Shown here in pieces: positions 24,115 through 37,244 of a stretch of 64,000 nucleotides of DNA. Under the pieces are notes generated by a model. It had not been told where the DNA came from and made no database searches. It was given only the letters and a program-made list of their open reading frames with translations. The stretch's first letter is position 1, and each line of letters starts with the position of its first letter. The position numbers were made by a program, and so were the translations under genes. Source of the DNA: Podarcis bocagei (lineage: Eukaryota). The stretch lies in assembly GCA_964188305.1 (NCBI GenBank), contig OZ076893.1; one strand, written 5' to 3'.

Positions 24115-25379
24115 CTCTGGTGTGTGTTACTTCAGCATTATTGTGAAATGTTGGACACAATGTTTTGGTCAACACCATTTTACCTACCAGCTTTACCATG
24201 CACTGTTTTTTGAGACCAACATTCTAAGCATTGCACTAGTATTCAATTATAATTCTGGGGTTTTAAAACATTTTTTAGTATACCTAGTATGGCAAGAGAT
24301 GAACAAACTCGATCCCTGTCTTGTGTGTTAAATTCAGTGCGATATATATGATCCTGCTGTGTGATAAGGAGATGTGCATCTCTAATTGCCTTACCACTCC
24401 CCCCTCCCACCAAAAAGTTGACGTAGATGTTCAGTAACTTCTGCACAGTAGGGTCTTGGCATCCAAACCTAAGCTGAGAGATTTTTAAGTGCTATTCTTT
24501 CATGTTCTCATCCATTCTCCTAGTCTGAAATGTTGCTGTGAAATAAAAATTTAATCACCAACAATTAAGTGATAAGGTTACCATTGATCACTACTAATAT
24601 ATATATATTTTCCAAATGGAACCAAAGCTTTGAACTGGTAACTCTTTGCATTGGATGGGTAGCCTCTTTTTATATTATTATTATTTTATTTATTTATTTC
24701 AATTTATATACCACCCTTTATCTAAAGATTCCAGGGTGTTTAAAAACACATTGCAGAACATCAGTAATAAAAACCTCATTAAAAACAGTGACAGACAGCC
24801 TAATAGCCTACCATTAGGATTATTGGAAAGAGAAAATGTTAGTCATGCAGTTCCCTTTCCCAGAGATAGGTGAGTAAATGCAGTTTATAATCTAGAGAGC
24901 TGATACAATTGAACTTGTAGCAAAATATTTTTATAATTATTTACACATGGATAGATAAACAATTGTTTTGTGGCTTTCAAATTACTCAGGGTGGTATTCC
25001 TTGCATTTCAGATTTAACTTGTCAGGTTAAAATATTCTGCTATTATTAGGAATCTATTTAAGCACTAGAGTATAGATTGGCATACCCAGGATCATCTTTT
25101 GTTTTGTTTTTAACGTCGCAACTAATGTTTCACTGTCAGTGCCATCATTTATATTGTGTTGTAGTAATGTAGTACTTGGAAGAAATGTAGTAGCTATTCT
25201 CAGATGGATAGATGAAACCATACATGTATGTGGCACAAGTTAAATTTAGCTTATCGTCTATTTTTTACACTTGAAGCTTAGCAATACAAGTAGTGTTGAT
25301 AGTAAATAGCTTTTGACTGTTCCATATGCATACCTGCAACTTAAGATAATTCTGATTGTGCTGCTTTGTTCCTCTTTAG

Positions 25380-25628
25380 AGCCCTCAACAAGTAGATCTG
25401 GTTTAAGCTTCACAGATATTTTAACAAGACCCTCTCTCCACCGGAGTCATCTTAATTTCAACATCTTGGATTCCCCACCTCCACTTTGTCAACCCTCCAC
25501 ATCATCTGCATTTCCAATTAGTAATTCTGGACTTTCACTTGGAAAAGAAATGAAAGATTCTACCTCTCAGCATGATGATGACAACATCTCAACTACAAGT
25601 GGCTTTTCTTCGAGGGCATCTGATAAAG
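25380..25628 (+). CDS. NUP153: NUP153 exon 3
   Basis: TTTAG|AG...AAAG|GTAAC; EPSTSRS...LTRPSLHRSHLNF...HDDDNISTTSGFSSRASDK. Confidence 0.93.
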
Positions 25629-26476
25629 GTAACAAAGTTCACCAGAATCATTAGGATCTTTTTGTATGATTATTCCATAACGTGACTAGGTTTTCTTATA
25701 CTGACATCTCTTTAGAAGAGATGGTGCGCAAATGGCAGATATTAACTGTACATTTTAAGACTCTGATGTTATTAATGCAATGTTATTTTGGGGGAGTGGG
25801 GAGAGGCAGCAGAGTATGAGGGAAGGAAGTTATCCCATGGTCCTTTGATGCAGAGAGCCAAATAGGTGTGTTAATATATCTATGCTATTTTTCACCCAAA
25901 GGACCCCCCAAAGCAGTTTGCAAACAACATGAAACACAATTAAGAATAGGAACAGATTAGAGCAGCAACTAATAAAACACAGCAGTATATTTTTAAAAGA
26001 ACACAGTAACAACAGGAGTCAGCCATCACAAACTAGTCTTGGAGAAAGAAATTAGTTGCTTTTAAAAGCCCATTGGAATGGTATACACCATTAAGGGCCA
26101 GTGTTGTTGTTCTTGCCAGGGTGTGTGTGGAAAACCTACTAGATCAGAACTGTTAAGACCCATGTATCATGAATTCCCACTTGTTAAATTATATATGTTT
26201 TCCTTTTGGGAAAGAAAGAGGGGAGAAAACCTCCATAGATCTCAGTTTCTTCCTCCTTTCACTCCATTCCTCACTTCTTTCCCTCCATCCTTCCCTTCTT
26301 TCCATGAGCTAGATAAAGAAAAGTAGTGTAGTTTCTTTCAAAGAATTTCTGGACTGCAAAATGGGAAATGTAGAGGGACAAAACTTTAATATTGTTGTTA
26401 TCGTAGTATTAATCATCACTATTTTATAATATAAATAAGGCATTGATGCAGTTGTGTACGCATATTGTCTTTTTAG

Positions 26477-26616
26477 ATATAACAGTTTCAAAAGTTGCTT
26501 CAGTACCACCTCTTTGGTCCTCGGAGAGTGAAAGACTTGTCTCCCTTTCTCAGCATTCAGCCACCAGCTCTAAAAAGCCTGGCTTTAATCTGTCTGCTTT
26601 TGGAGCACTTTCCCCT
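26477..26616 (+). CDS. NUP153: NUP153 exon 4
   Basis: TTTTAG|AT...CCT|GTAAGT; DITVSK...PPLWS...SKKPGFNLSAFGALSP. Confidence 0.92.
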
Positions 26617-26696
26617 GTAAGTACTGCACAACGTTTGCTTTAACTATGTTACTTCTGTATCCATTTTGCTAATTAGATATCAATGTGTGTTTGCAG

Positions 26697-26825
26697 TCAC
26701 TTGGTAACGCATCAGCTTTTAAGACAAGCCAGCTTGGGAATTCTCCATTTTATCCTGGAAAAACCATGTATGGTGGTGCAGCTGCAGCAGCAAGGCAGTC
26801 TAAAGCACGGATTACTCCTTACCAG
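26697..26825 (+). CDS. NUP153: NUP153 exon 5
   Basis: TGCAG|TCA...CAG|GTAAC; SLGNAS...QLGNSPFYPGKTMYGGAAAA...TPYQ. Confidence 0.93.
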
Positions 26826-27766
26826 GTAACAGAAATGCTGGTGATCTATGGAGGATGTGAAAGAAGAAGCTACTTATATTAATAATTCTGATAGAGCTTT
26901 TCACTTTGTACTTTCCATAGTATATGCATACAAGTATTTCATTGTTTTGGTAACAATAACTTTAGTGATGCAGCTCTGGAATACAAACGAATCTCAGCCT
27001 GTTCTGGTTCATACGTAACGTTAAATTATGGCTACTTAAAAAACAGAAATGAGTGCTTGTCAAGCCAGAAACTCTGTGTTGTCACCACCCACCTTTACAC
27101 TGGCTTCCTTGTAGCCAAGCAGGAGGAGAAGAGGGAAGGATGGAGTTTGTGAGCCTGAAACTTTGCTCATTCTAGCTCATGCACATAATCTTAAACTGGG
27201 TTTAGTGCAGGCTTCCTCAACATAGGCCCTCCAGACGTTTATTTAGCCTACAACTCCCATGATCCCTAGGTAGCAAGACCAGTGGTCAGGGATGATGGGA
27301 ATTGTAGTCTCAAAACATCTGAACCAGATGTGAACATGTGAACCAGAGCAGTGGTAAAATGTGGCTTAGCATGACTTGCAAATGTCCAAACAGGTTAGTT
27401 GCTGAATTTGGATGTGACAATAAAGCATTGCAAGAATGTGTCATGGTGAAACTTGAGTTTGCATTGTGTGAGGGCATAACAACTATAAGTTGTAAACTCT
27501 TTGTGGGCAGGGACCTGTCATCTGTTCCCTCTGAAACACCTGAAGTCCATGTTCACTGATAATGTATATATGACGGATATTAGTATGTATGAGGTCTACA
27601 GAAAATACTCTCATTAAGCTACCTGGGCCACGTTGAGTATATTTGAGTCCTTTCTCTCCAAATCCCTTCTAGACCTTTGGAGATCAACATGATAACTGAC
27701 TGTAATAGTGTGTAGACCCAAAGCTTCAAATCACACAATTTAACATCCATAATCTTGTTTTTTAAG

Positions 27767-27883
27767 ACACCAGTAAGAAGGCAGATGAAAGCCAAGCAAG
27801 TGAATGCACAATCTTACGGAGTGACAAGTTCTACTGCACGGCGCATACTGCAGTCTCTGGAGAAGATGTCAAGCCCAATAGCG
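27767..27883 (+). CDS. NUP153: NUP153 exon 6
   Basis: TTTAAG|ACA...GCG|GTAATT; TPVRRQMKAKQVNAQSYGVTSSTARRILQSLEKMSSPIA. Confidence 0.93.
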
Positions 27884-28017
27884 GTAATTTTCTCTCTTTG
27901 AAATGTTATTTATTCAGTACATAACATGAAGCTTTCTAATCCTGTATTGCATTAGGCAAACTCTTTCTTTGAATACATATGGTTTAACTTACTTCAGTGC
28001 TGTTGTTTTTCCAACAG

Positions 28018-28053
28018 GATGCTAAAAGAATCCCATCTTCTTCATTTTCATCT
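28018..28053 (+). CDS. NUP153: NUP153 exon 7
   Basis: CAACAG|GAT...TCT|GTAAGT; DAKRIPSSSFSS (36 nt). Confidence 0.88.
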
Positions 28054-28134
28054 GTAAGTTAGTCTTCAAACTTTTTTAATGCATGGAGTTGTTGTTTTAA
28101 TCACGCTTGTTAATTTGGGTGTTTTGTTTTCCAG

Positions 28135-28188
28135 CCTGCGGAAAGAAGTATGCAGAATATCACTGACTTCCATTCACCAAGGAAAGGG
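28135..28188 (+). CDS. NUP153: NUP153 exon 8
   Basis: TTTTCCAG|CCT...GGG|GTAAGT; PAERSMQNITDFHSPRKG (54 nt, phase 0-0). Confidence 0.82.
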
Positions 28189-29420
28189 GTAAGTTAACTT
28201 CCATGTCTTAGTTGCTTCTAAGTGATGTAGAACTGTTTTATATTTTAAGTTTGATATGCAGCAGGCATGAAATTGCCTATGGATTCTACTATAGATAGCT
28301 GCTGGTATTTGCCTACTTATGTTTTTTTAAAAATCCATTTACTTGGTTTTGAAATTTGGAACCTAGAGCAAATGTTAGTGGAATGCTAAATTAAGCTTTT
28401 ATAAAACTAGTGTTGTAGTTGATGAATAAATTCATAACTTGCACTGCATCTGTATCTTCTGTCTTTAATATACCTATCAGATCTGTTTGTGTCATCCAGA
28501 CTAAAATGTGCAACAAGGAGAAAACAAGAGGCTTATGTTTACATGCTAGAGGTGCCATATGTAAGATTAAAGTTAGGCAAAACTTTCACATGGTTTGCTA
28601 GATCTTCTGTCTTCAATGAGAGTTGTTGAAGATACCATTGTGGGGAAAATACCATTTTGGAGGCCCTACTCCTAAGTGTAACAGACTTTAGGAAACGGTA
28701 TCCCTTTGTGAATAGTGGGTAGAACCTAATGAAGTCAGTTTTTTAAAAAATCATTTATTTGCAGGATTGGCCAGGTATAAGCAAGCACTATTTCAGCTTA
28801 AATTTGCAGGTTGTTGACTCACACTTGTGCAGAAAACATGGAACACTAGCTAACAGGCAACAGAAACTAGAGATGTCAGAAAGAAAACTCTGTACCCAGC
28901 TGTCATTAAATAAAAAAAGAGGAATTGTCTATTCATACTGTAGTAAATGGTTGGCAGCAGTAATTCTTGGCCAAGAAAGGTTTGCTGGTGATTTGCCACC
29001 GAAGTGAGTGGGCTGTCAACAGTCCACTTAATTTCTTGAGTAAAACAGTTACAGATGTCTGTACAGTTGGTATTCTAAAGACCTGTGTCTTCAGTCTGGA
29101 ACTTATCTACATTAATCAGATAATTATAACTTATTTTTAATGCCTTGAATTGTTCAAACAGTGATACTGAGTTTTTATAGTGAACATCATTTGGAAGTTG
29201 CACATTACTTTCAGGGCCTACTTCCATCAAAATAGCCTTTCCAAGTTCAAAATTTTTGTCACTATTTCTGAACAAATGCAAACCAGTTTTATTGTAGAGG
29301 GCAGAGGGAGAGACCATTACTACTTGTAAAGATAAGCAAAAAATTGGACTCGTTTTGCCATTTCCTGAATACAGCACTACAATGTTGGATTAATACTAGA
29401 TATTAGTCATTTGTCTAGTT

Positions 29421-29737
29421 CAATGGTTCTCAAACTTTTTTTCACTGGGCCACACTTTCAGAATAAAAATTTCCTCAAGCCATACTGATATATATATGAG
29501 AAATACATTGGAAACACAACAAGGATTGTCCTCAGTATCACTTGGTGCTCTTGCTCTCATCTTGAAAATAAATCTATCTTGTCTATTCTGCAAAGTAAAA
29601 AAATATATTTTGATACTATCCTATACTACACTGAAATGTCGTAAGTGTTTCCTTGATTGTCCTTGAATCTTCCCTCCACGCTTGCCGTCCTCTCCCGCCC
29701 CACCAGTATGGTGTGCCACACCCTTTAAGAATCACAG
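29421..29737. mobile_element. Old hAT-Charlie-like non-autonomous element
   Basis: Degenerate TIRs CAATGGTTCTCAAAC / CTTTAAGAATCACAG; TSD poorly preserved. Confidence 0.45.
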
Positions 29738-30449
29738 GCTTGGTTTATAAATATGGTGATGGGATGTGCTAGAAAAATCACAAAAGGGTCTTGGATTTTC
29801 CTTCCTCCTGAGCCGTCAGCTTCTCAGGAGGGTTGGTGGGACCTTGCAAAACGGTGTTGGAAATGCCGCTGACATTAGCAGAGGGGAAAGTAGCACTGGA
29901 GGGAATTTTCCCCTTCCATTAGTAGAACAGCTGGTCCAAGGCACTTCAATCTATGAAAAGGGACCTTTGCATCCAGCCTGGTGTCTGCATACAACTCCCT
30001 TTCACACCTGCACACTCCCATTAGGCTCTATTTCATGTGGAAAGTCCATAGAATTGCAAAAGTTGACCATGATGATGTTAGTTTGTCAGCACCTGATATC
30101 AGATTTTCCTATAGACCTAACCTAATTGGTGCACATGACCCACTCCTTACACCAATCAAAATGTGCAGAAGAGATATTAGTAGAATGCCAGGATTTTAAA
30201 AACTTTCTTAAAATGTTTTCTAAAACCAGTACATCTGAAAGCAGTGTGTTGGACTTGTGATGACATCCATCTCCTGTAGAAAAGGAACTTACTTACCTTT
30301 GAAAAGATAGTTCCGCCCACTCACTCCCAACAGACAGGGCTATGCAAATCAGATGTTTAACTGCCATCCTGTGTAGAAGAGAGCTTTCTCCAGCCAGACG
30401 CAGCAAGCAGGGAATAACTCCAGAGATGCTTGAACGCTCCAGGATAATA

Positions 30450-30667
30450 CAGTGGTACCTCGGGTTACATACGCTTCAGGTTACAGACTCCGCTAACCCA
30501 GAAATAGTACCTTGGGTTAAGAACTTTGCTTCAGGATGAGAACAGAAATTGTGCTGCGGCAGCAGCGGGAGGCCCCATTAGCTAAAGTGGTGCTTCAGGT
30601 TAAGAATAGTTTCAGGTTAAGTACGGATCTCCGGAATGAATTAAGTACATAACCAGTGGTGCCACTG
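30450..30667. mobile_element. Mariner-type MITE
   Basis: TA|CAGTGGTACCTCGGGTTA...TAACCAGTGGTGCCACTG|TA; homologous to 48187-48387. Confidence 0.85.
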
Positions 30668-30903
30668 TAAAGGGACAGCAGCCATTGACAACAAAGACGC
30701 AAGATCAAACATGGGTATCCTCATGCCCAATTAGGACTGACTGAGACCCTTACAGCAGGGATGCATTTGTATTTGTTCAAGACCATTGAAACATGTGCAT
30801 AACCAGCTTTCATGTACAGACATGGGGGGTGTACATACATACATAGCATTACCCAGCTTTATTCAGATTGGTTTTGATTAATTCAACACTGTTTCATTTA
30901 AAG

Positions 30904-31050
30904 GCTGAATCCCATTATCCTCCAGTCCAGAAGCTTGTGACTCCAAAGACCGTTCCACTGTCAATGAGTCGTTCACAATATTTTAAACCATCTCTACCAT
31001 CTGCTACCGAATCAGGCAAGATTCGACAGAGAATAGAGATGAACCATAAG
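30904..31050 (+). CDS. NUP153: NUP153 exon 9
   Basis: TAAAG|GCT...AAG|GTATGT; AESHYPPVQKLVTPK...YFKPSL. Confidence 0.88.
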
Positions 31051-32808
31051 GTATGTATACTTCAAAGCTGCTGACTCTACACCATCTTTAACCACAAGCT
31101 CCCTCTTCCCCAATACCATCACACCCAGATCTGATGGGGCACCCCAGTGGCTGCTTTACAGTTTAAACGCTCACACACTTCCTTTTGACAGTATCAGTCT
31201 GATAACTGGGATTCCAGTGGATCCCTTTAAAAGTTTTAGCTGGATATAAAGTCAACAATTGATTTCACAATTAATCTAGTTCAACACCGGGGGACGGGAC
31301 GGACATTTTACTGGTATCTCATTCCAAACACACAGTCTAACACAGAAGCTTCTAGGGCACAATGTTATCTTGAAATTACTCATTTGACTATCAGGAAGCC
31401 CTAGAGGAGAAAGTGGGAGAGATGAATAGGTGAAATACTATCCTCAAAACTAAATATTCACAGTAGTCCAAAGAACCCCAGTAGCCTGTTGTTGTTGTTG
31501 TTGCTGTTGTTGTTGTTGTTGTTATACTTTATTTTACTTTACTTACAAACTAGAATCCAGTGTTTCAGCTTTGCACTATGCAAGCAGACTCCTGCATCAA
31601 GATAAATTCAACTTGCAGAATTAATGGAGCAGAATTAACCTCCAGGATAAAATTTACACCTGGGGTTGAACAGTTCTTAGTAATAGGGTTTGGTTTGTGG
31701 GGGGTATACACAGAAATGTTCAGAATTATTTTATGGAAACTGAAAACGTATAAGCCAGTGCTCTTTAAGTGATATAACTACAAAAAATGAAAATTATGAT
31801 GCAGAGAAAATGCGAGGTTATTTTGAGAACTTGCTGAGGACAGAAAGGGCTTAGGCGTTTTGCAGCTTTACCTTTCCATTTATTTCAGTGTGGTAGATTG
31901 GACTCCTGATGGGATTAGGGTTAAATGTATTTTTTTAAAAAAAAAAATGAAAAGGAGGGAGGAGGAAGAAACCTAGAACAAAAGACCCCATAATTGTTGA
32001 GTAGTTCATGGAGTATGACATGGGTAAGATTTACTAAAGATGTTGTACAAATATTTCAAGTTGCAAAAACCACATTAGCTTGCTTTTAAGTTGGCAGAAG
32101 TTTTTGAAAGGGAAATTCTTTTCACGTTTTCTGCATTTTGTATCTCAGAATGTATCTGAGAAATTAAGTTCATTCTCCTATAGTGAATCATAGGGACTTA
32201 ATTTCCTATTGAAAATAAATGAACTTGCTTATTTACTGAGGGTTGTATCTAATGGCAGCTTTGCATTAGTGGAAGCTCTTCTGCTTGTGAAAGGCAGGGG
32301 AACCTGCCACCCCCCCTTACCAATTGCAGCCCATTGCACCATTACCCATACAGTTCTGGAGGGTCTCCCAACCCTGACCAGAAATTTGGGGGAAACAGGG
32401 CTGCACTGGGTAGGAGGGAATTGGTGAAAATCAAGTGTCCTACCTTGCAGAAGTGCTTCCACTACTGCAGAGCCGCTACTGGATCTAGCCCTATCTCTGT
32501 GATCCTGCAGGATGTTTTGTGGAGTAGGTAATTGCTGTAGACAGGCATTGTCACATGAACCTTGCTCATAAGAAATACAGCTTGTGGTGGAAGAGATTTA
32601 TTTGGATAACTTCAGGCAGCAGGGGGCAGTAAAGCAGTACTTCTGCAAAAAGCCATATAAAGCTTAAGTGTACATGAGAAAGGCATTTGCGTAAACAAGG
32701 ATCAGTTGCTTCCTGTTACATGCTCCAACGTTTAGTCTCTCTTTTTTTTAGGAATAGCGAATCAGAAAAAAAGAATTAAAACCTAAAGTATCTTTTTATC
32801 CTTTACAG

Positions 32809-32861
32809 GGAGTACAAGAGAAAAATCTGGCAGCAGAGCAGAAGATAGAATCACCAGAAAG
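32809..32861 (+). CDS. NUP153: NUP153 exon 10
   Basis: TTTACAG|GGA...GAAAG|GTATGT; GVQEKNLAAEQKIESPE; phase 0-2 fits exon 11. Confidence 0.75.
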
Positions 32862-33572
32862 GTATGTGATGTATAGCCTAAATCTAAAAGACATATTATA
32901 ATTGCTCTTATGGGTTTTTCATTAGTACCCTGTTCATTTGTCCCTTATGCAAAGGAGACAATTAAATAATAGGCATAATAACAGAGATATGTTTATGTAA
33001 AAAGTTTCCAGAGGGGTAGCTGTGTTAGTTTTGTGTTGCGAAAACAGTAAAGAGTCTTGTGGCACCTTGAAGACTACAGTGCTAGTATGGCATGGATTAG
33101 AATCCTCTTCATTCGCAATACAATTCTTCAAGTTTATATACACACTAGGGCATGGATTTGAAGGCTCTGAGGTCAGAGGAAAAGGAAATGCAAGAAGGGC
33201 AGTCAGTGTTTCAAGTGCCGCAAGACTCTTCTCTGTTTTTACTTAGGAAACAGAAGTTCACATTTAACGCTGTGCCAAACCATGGGTTAATGTGAATGTG
33301 CTAGCTGCTGATATCGCATCTGCTTTCTTCCTCCCTGGTCCTTTAAGCTCAGCTCAGCAAGTCAGCTGTAATCCCCCCCCCCCCCGTTTTTTGCTTTCGT
33401 TTTCCCTGCTTGCTACCTTTTGCCACTTTGCCATTTTGGGCAGCGTCGCTTATCCCCTCCCCCCAATATATATTGATATATCACTATTATCAGTTTGCAT
33501 ATACGTAATTTGTTGCTGCTTTGTTTGTAGGACCCCGAAAAGCTATATAACATATATTTAATTCTCTTTCAG

Positions 33573-33699
33573 CAGCGTCACAAACCCCAGGTTCAGTTCC
33601 TCTGCAACCAATGGACTTCCTCCTTCAGTAGGAGCTGGTGGCGGCAAAATGAGAAGGGAAAGAGGTGTCCACTATGTATCAAAACCTGCACAAGAGGAG
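33573..33699 (+). CDS. NUP153: NUP153 exon 11
   Basis: TTTCAG|CAG...GAG|GTAAG; ...NGLPPSVGAGGGKMRRERG... (GGGKMRRER motif). Confidence 0.88.
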
Positions 33700-33721
33700 G
33701 TAAGATTATTTGTTCAACTAC

Positions 33722-33723
<2 letters not shown>

Positions 33724-33798
<75 letters not shown>
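33724..33798. repeat. Compound (TG)n(AG)n microsatellite
   Basis: Directly visible about 25 nt downstream of the NUP153 exon 11 donor. Confidence 0.95.
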
Positions 33799-33800
<2 letters not shown>

Positions 33801-33827
33801 AATGTATGCATGAATGAAATTGAAGTA

Positions 33828-34080
33828 CAGTGGTGCCTTGCAAGACGAAAAGAATTCGTTCCGCGAGTCTTTTCGTCTTGCGATGTTTTTCGTCTTGCGA
33901 AGCACGGTCCGTCGCAACTGCGCCTCTTCAAGCGGCTTTTAAAAAAAAGCGCAAGACGTTTTCGTCTTGCGAAGCAAGCCCATAGGGAAATTCGTCTAGC
34001 GAAGCAACGCAAAAACGGAAAACCCTTTCGTCTAGCGAGTTTTTCGTCTTGCGAGGCATTCGTCTAGCGGGGCACCACTG
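33828..34080. mobile_element. Mariner-type MITE with TTCGTCTTGCGA subrepeats
   Basis: TA|CAGTGGTGCC...GGCACCACTG|TA; homologous to 39861-40138. Confidence 0.88.
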
Positions 34081-34966
34081 TACTCGTTTATGGAGTAGTT
34101 TGGAGTTTCAAAGCTGTTTATTCACAGCCTGATTGAATGGACAAACTTAGTATTTTAGTCATTGGATGGAATCCAACATAGGGCAAATGTTCAGCAGCCC
34201 AAGGATTTTTCTATGTGCAATGGAACACCTTCCTCCTGTGCACCCCTAAAGCTATTCCACGACTTCTCCCAACCTTCTGGAGCAGATTTGTGGAGGATGA
34301 GGAGGGGTGAAAGTTCTATTGTGCAAGTGGGAATTCTTGTACTGACAGGACTCGCTAGTAGAATACTGTCCATTAGATTTAGACAGCTTTCCAAGCCTAT
34401 GCTCTGCTTTGTAGCAGAGTATAGGATTTATATGCAGGGTTAATACTCCAATTTAGGAATGGAAGAGGAGGGGAAATATTCTAATGATAAAGGCACGCTC
34501 TGCAAGGTGGCTGGGTGTGGCTGTGTATAGCACTAATCAGCACCAAATTACAGCAGCAGAAAGTTGTAGCTCACTAGGTTTTTATAAATAATAATAATAA
34601 TTATCATCCATCTGGCCGGGTTTCCCATGTTTTGAGACATAGGTACAATTCATGATATATTGCTTTAGCTATTACTGAGGAAGGCTCTGTCTGCAGGTAT
34701 AGGAGGGCACACGAGCTATAAAACAGTCAAATCCTGTATCACCCCAAATTTCATTTATTGTGGTGCTTTTATTTACGCTGTATGTACTTTTGGTGTGGTG
34801 TTGTTTTTGTTTTTTTTAGTTCTTTAGGATTTCATTGATAAGGTCAACAACAGTTTCATTACTTGTTGGGTTGCTTTCATTTTTTCCTGCCGAAATAAGC
34901 TGAGAAGAACTAAAATGTAGGTTTCAGTGGAACTTGGAAAATAATTGCATCATTGTTCCATTCTAG

Positions 34967-35107
34967 GAAATTGATATGCCAGTGCTACCAGAAATATCTT
35001 TGCCCATCAGTACGTCATCTTTGCCAAACTTCAGCTTTGGCCTGCTTGCTAGCAGTACTACTGTCTCATCTACGCCTGTCAGTTCTGCACAATCAGTGGC
35101 TAAAAAG
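34967..35107 (+). CDS. NUP153: NUP153 exon 12
   Basis: TCTAG|GAA...AAG|GTAAAT; EIDMPVLPEISLPISTSSLPNFSF. Confidence 0.9.
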
Positions 35108-36231
35108 GTAAATTGTGCATGAATCAAGGTTTTGCTTGCATATTCTACCTGTTCTCTCCCGTAGATTCACCCAAACTCTTTGTCTATTCACCTGACTTTA
35201 ATTTTCAGCCATGTGCTATTTGAGAATCCTTTAAAGGACAGCCCCACCCTTCACTGGCCCTTTCTTTGCCCACCCTGAGTGTGTCTGTCTGTCTGGAATG
35301 TATCCTTGAACTGTGAGAATGCCGCTTGCCTGGATGGAGAGAGTTGTGCCTCTGGCTTCTGCATGGCTAGGATGTAAGAGTTGCATTGGTTGCTTCACCC
35401 ACTTTTGTTTCTGGTCCCAGCCCTTCACTGGCGTGCGATCTGTAAAAAAAATTGTCCCAAGGCAGTTCGTGCTTTGGGCTTTGTAGCACCCCTGCGGTAA
35501 TGGTTCATGATAAGTGATTGTTGATAGTAACATGGTTGCCATATTGGTGATATCAAGGCAAATGTTTTTTCTTTTTCTTTTTAAAAAACTGGCTTTTTAT
35601 GCTTGTGTCAGCTACTCTGAGCTGCTGCATAGCAAGCTCTTTATGGGGGTGGTCTTGTTCAGTGCAACAGTTTGTCAAAAGTTTACGCAGCAAGCTTTAT
35701 GGAGATAAGGCTTCAGTTCTCTTTGTAGGTTTTTCCCCTTTGGCAGTTACAAGAGCTAAGAAGTTAGGAGCTCAGAAACAGAATGGGTATTGTCAACAAC
35801 AGCCATGTCCCCAACATAATCCGAGAAACTGTTGTTTGTTAAGGGTTTCCTACCAGTTCCCGGCAATCTTTGAAAACTGCAGTTCCCAGGATTTATTGGG
35901 GGAAGCCATGACCCTTAAAGCAGTGTAAGAAAGAGTGCTTTCAGGGTGTGCTGTGGATGTGGCCCTACTGCTATAAACATTAGCACAATTGCTGTGTCTT
36001 ATTACAAACTGCTTTTGAAACTCTTCTTAGTCTTCTAAACATCTTGTCATATGTTGTATAGTGTATAGGCACAGAAAAGGACAGCTGCTGTTTGAGAAAC
36101 GGAATGGATTGCTTTGGATCCATGCCAAAAGTCACCTTCTAATTTGAGCACATTTGTTTTTGCATTATTAACCAGTGACTTATAATTCACTTCATTCAAG
36201 CTATTAAAATGCAATTCTTTTAAATAATTAG

Positions 36232-36324
36232 GTGCAACCAGCCAGTAATGCTAGCAGTCCTGTGTACAGATTTTCATCTCCAATTGTAAAATCGACAGAA
36301 GCAGAAGTGCTGCCATCAGTGTCT
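36232..36324 (+). CDS. NUP153: NUP153 exon 13
   Basis: ATTAG|GTG...TCT|GTAAGT; VQPASNASSPVYRFSSPIVKSTEAEVLPSVS. Confidence 0.9.
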
Positions 36325-36510
36325 GTAAGTAAAAAATGTATAAGTAATACTTGTGGCAGAAGAAAGACAGGAATGATAGAGATAAAAATCTGTTTAATAC
36401 TCACCTTGGAAATTCAATGTTAGGAACCAGAAATCTGCAGTTCACATTTATGAGCCTATGTAAACTAGGCTGTTGTTTTCTTTTGACTTTTAAATTTTAT
36501 CTCCTGCCAG

Positions 36511-36601
36511 GCTGGTGCATTCAAATTTAGTGTTCCTGTTGCAAAATCATCTGATCCTTCAAGACCCAAGGATACCGCAGTATTGCCTCAGAGTAATGCA
36601 G
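36511..36601 (+). CDS. NUP153: NUP153 exon 14
   Basis: GCCAG|GCT...GCAG|GTAATT; AGAFKFSVPVAKS... Confidence 0.85.
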
Positions 36602-36982
36602 GTAATTAAGTTGGCATTTAATGCAAACATTTTCTCCAGGTGGGGAATTAAGATTGAATTTTGGTTAGGCTTTTAAAACTTTCCATTCCGTGTGACATCA
36701 GAAGCAAATGTATTCCCGGCCTCCATTCTGAGTACAATCCAGTTTAAATAGACCCTTATCCAAGCATATGTGTCTGACTTCCAATGAAATATATCATTTA
36801 GCTTCTATGGACAGCAAGAAGTTTGTGCTTCATCCAGTAAGCTACCTTATGGAAATTTTTAAGATGGGTTGTGTGTAGACAGGTGTGTGTTTGTGTGTAT
36901 GTGTTGGTGGATCCTCATAAGTACACACAGCAGGGTCCGAGCCATGAACCTTGTAAAACTATTATTTTCTTCACACCTGCAG

Positions 36983-37087
36983 CGGTCAATAGCATCAGCA
37001 GTAAGAGAGATCATGAGTATGATGGTCCCTTTAAGCCTGCAAAAGTCCTGAAAGAAGGAAGTGTGCTGGATATTTTAAAGAGTCCTG
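36983..37087 (+). CDS. NUP153: NUP153 exon 15
   Basis: CTGCAG|CG...CCTG|GTGAGT; ...YDGPFKPAKVLKEGSVLDILKSPG. The acceptor position was chosen by phase. Confidence 0.85.
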
Positions 37088-37149
37088 GTGAGTCGGTTGA
37101 TGAGGTTTCATTTAGTGTTAAATGATAATTGACAATGAGACCCGTAATC

Positions 37150-37244
37150 TCAGGGCCTTGGTTTTGAGTCTTGACATTGCAGAGAGTTGGACTAGATAAC
37201 TCTCAGGGTCACTTCCAACTCTACATTTCTATGATTCTATGATT
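37150..37244 (+). mobile_element. CR1 LINE 3' tail
   Basis: GGACTAGATAA...TTCCAACTCTAC followed by the CR1-type (ATTCTATG)n tail. Confidence 0.6.

Noticed and set aside
33012-33080. Short Penelope-like terminal fragment (similar sequence near 61980-62036)
   Set aside because: Too short and degenerate to assign with confidence without a repeat library.
33840-34070. CRISPR-like repeat array (recurring TTCGTCTTGCGA)
   Set aside because: Irregular spacing, both orientations, bounded by TIRs and a TA duplication in vertebrate DNA; these are MITE subterminal repeats.
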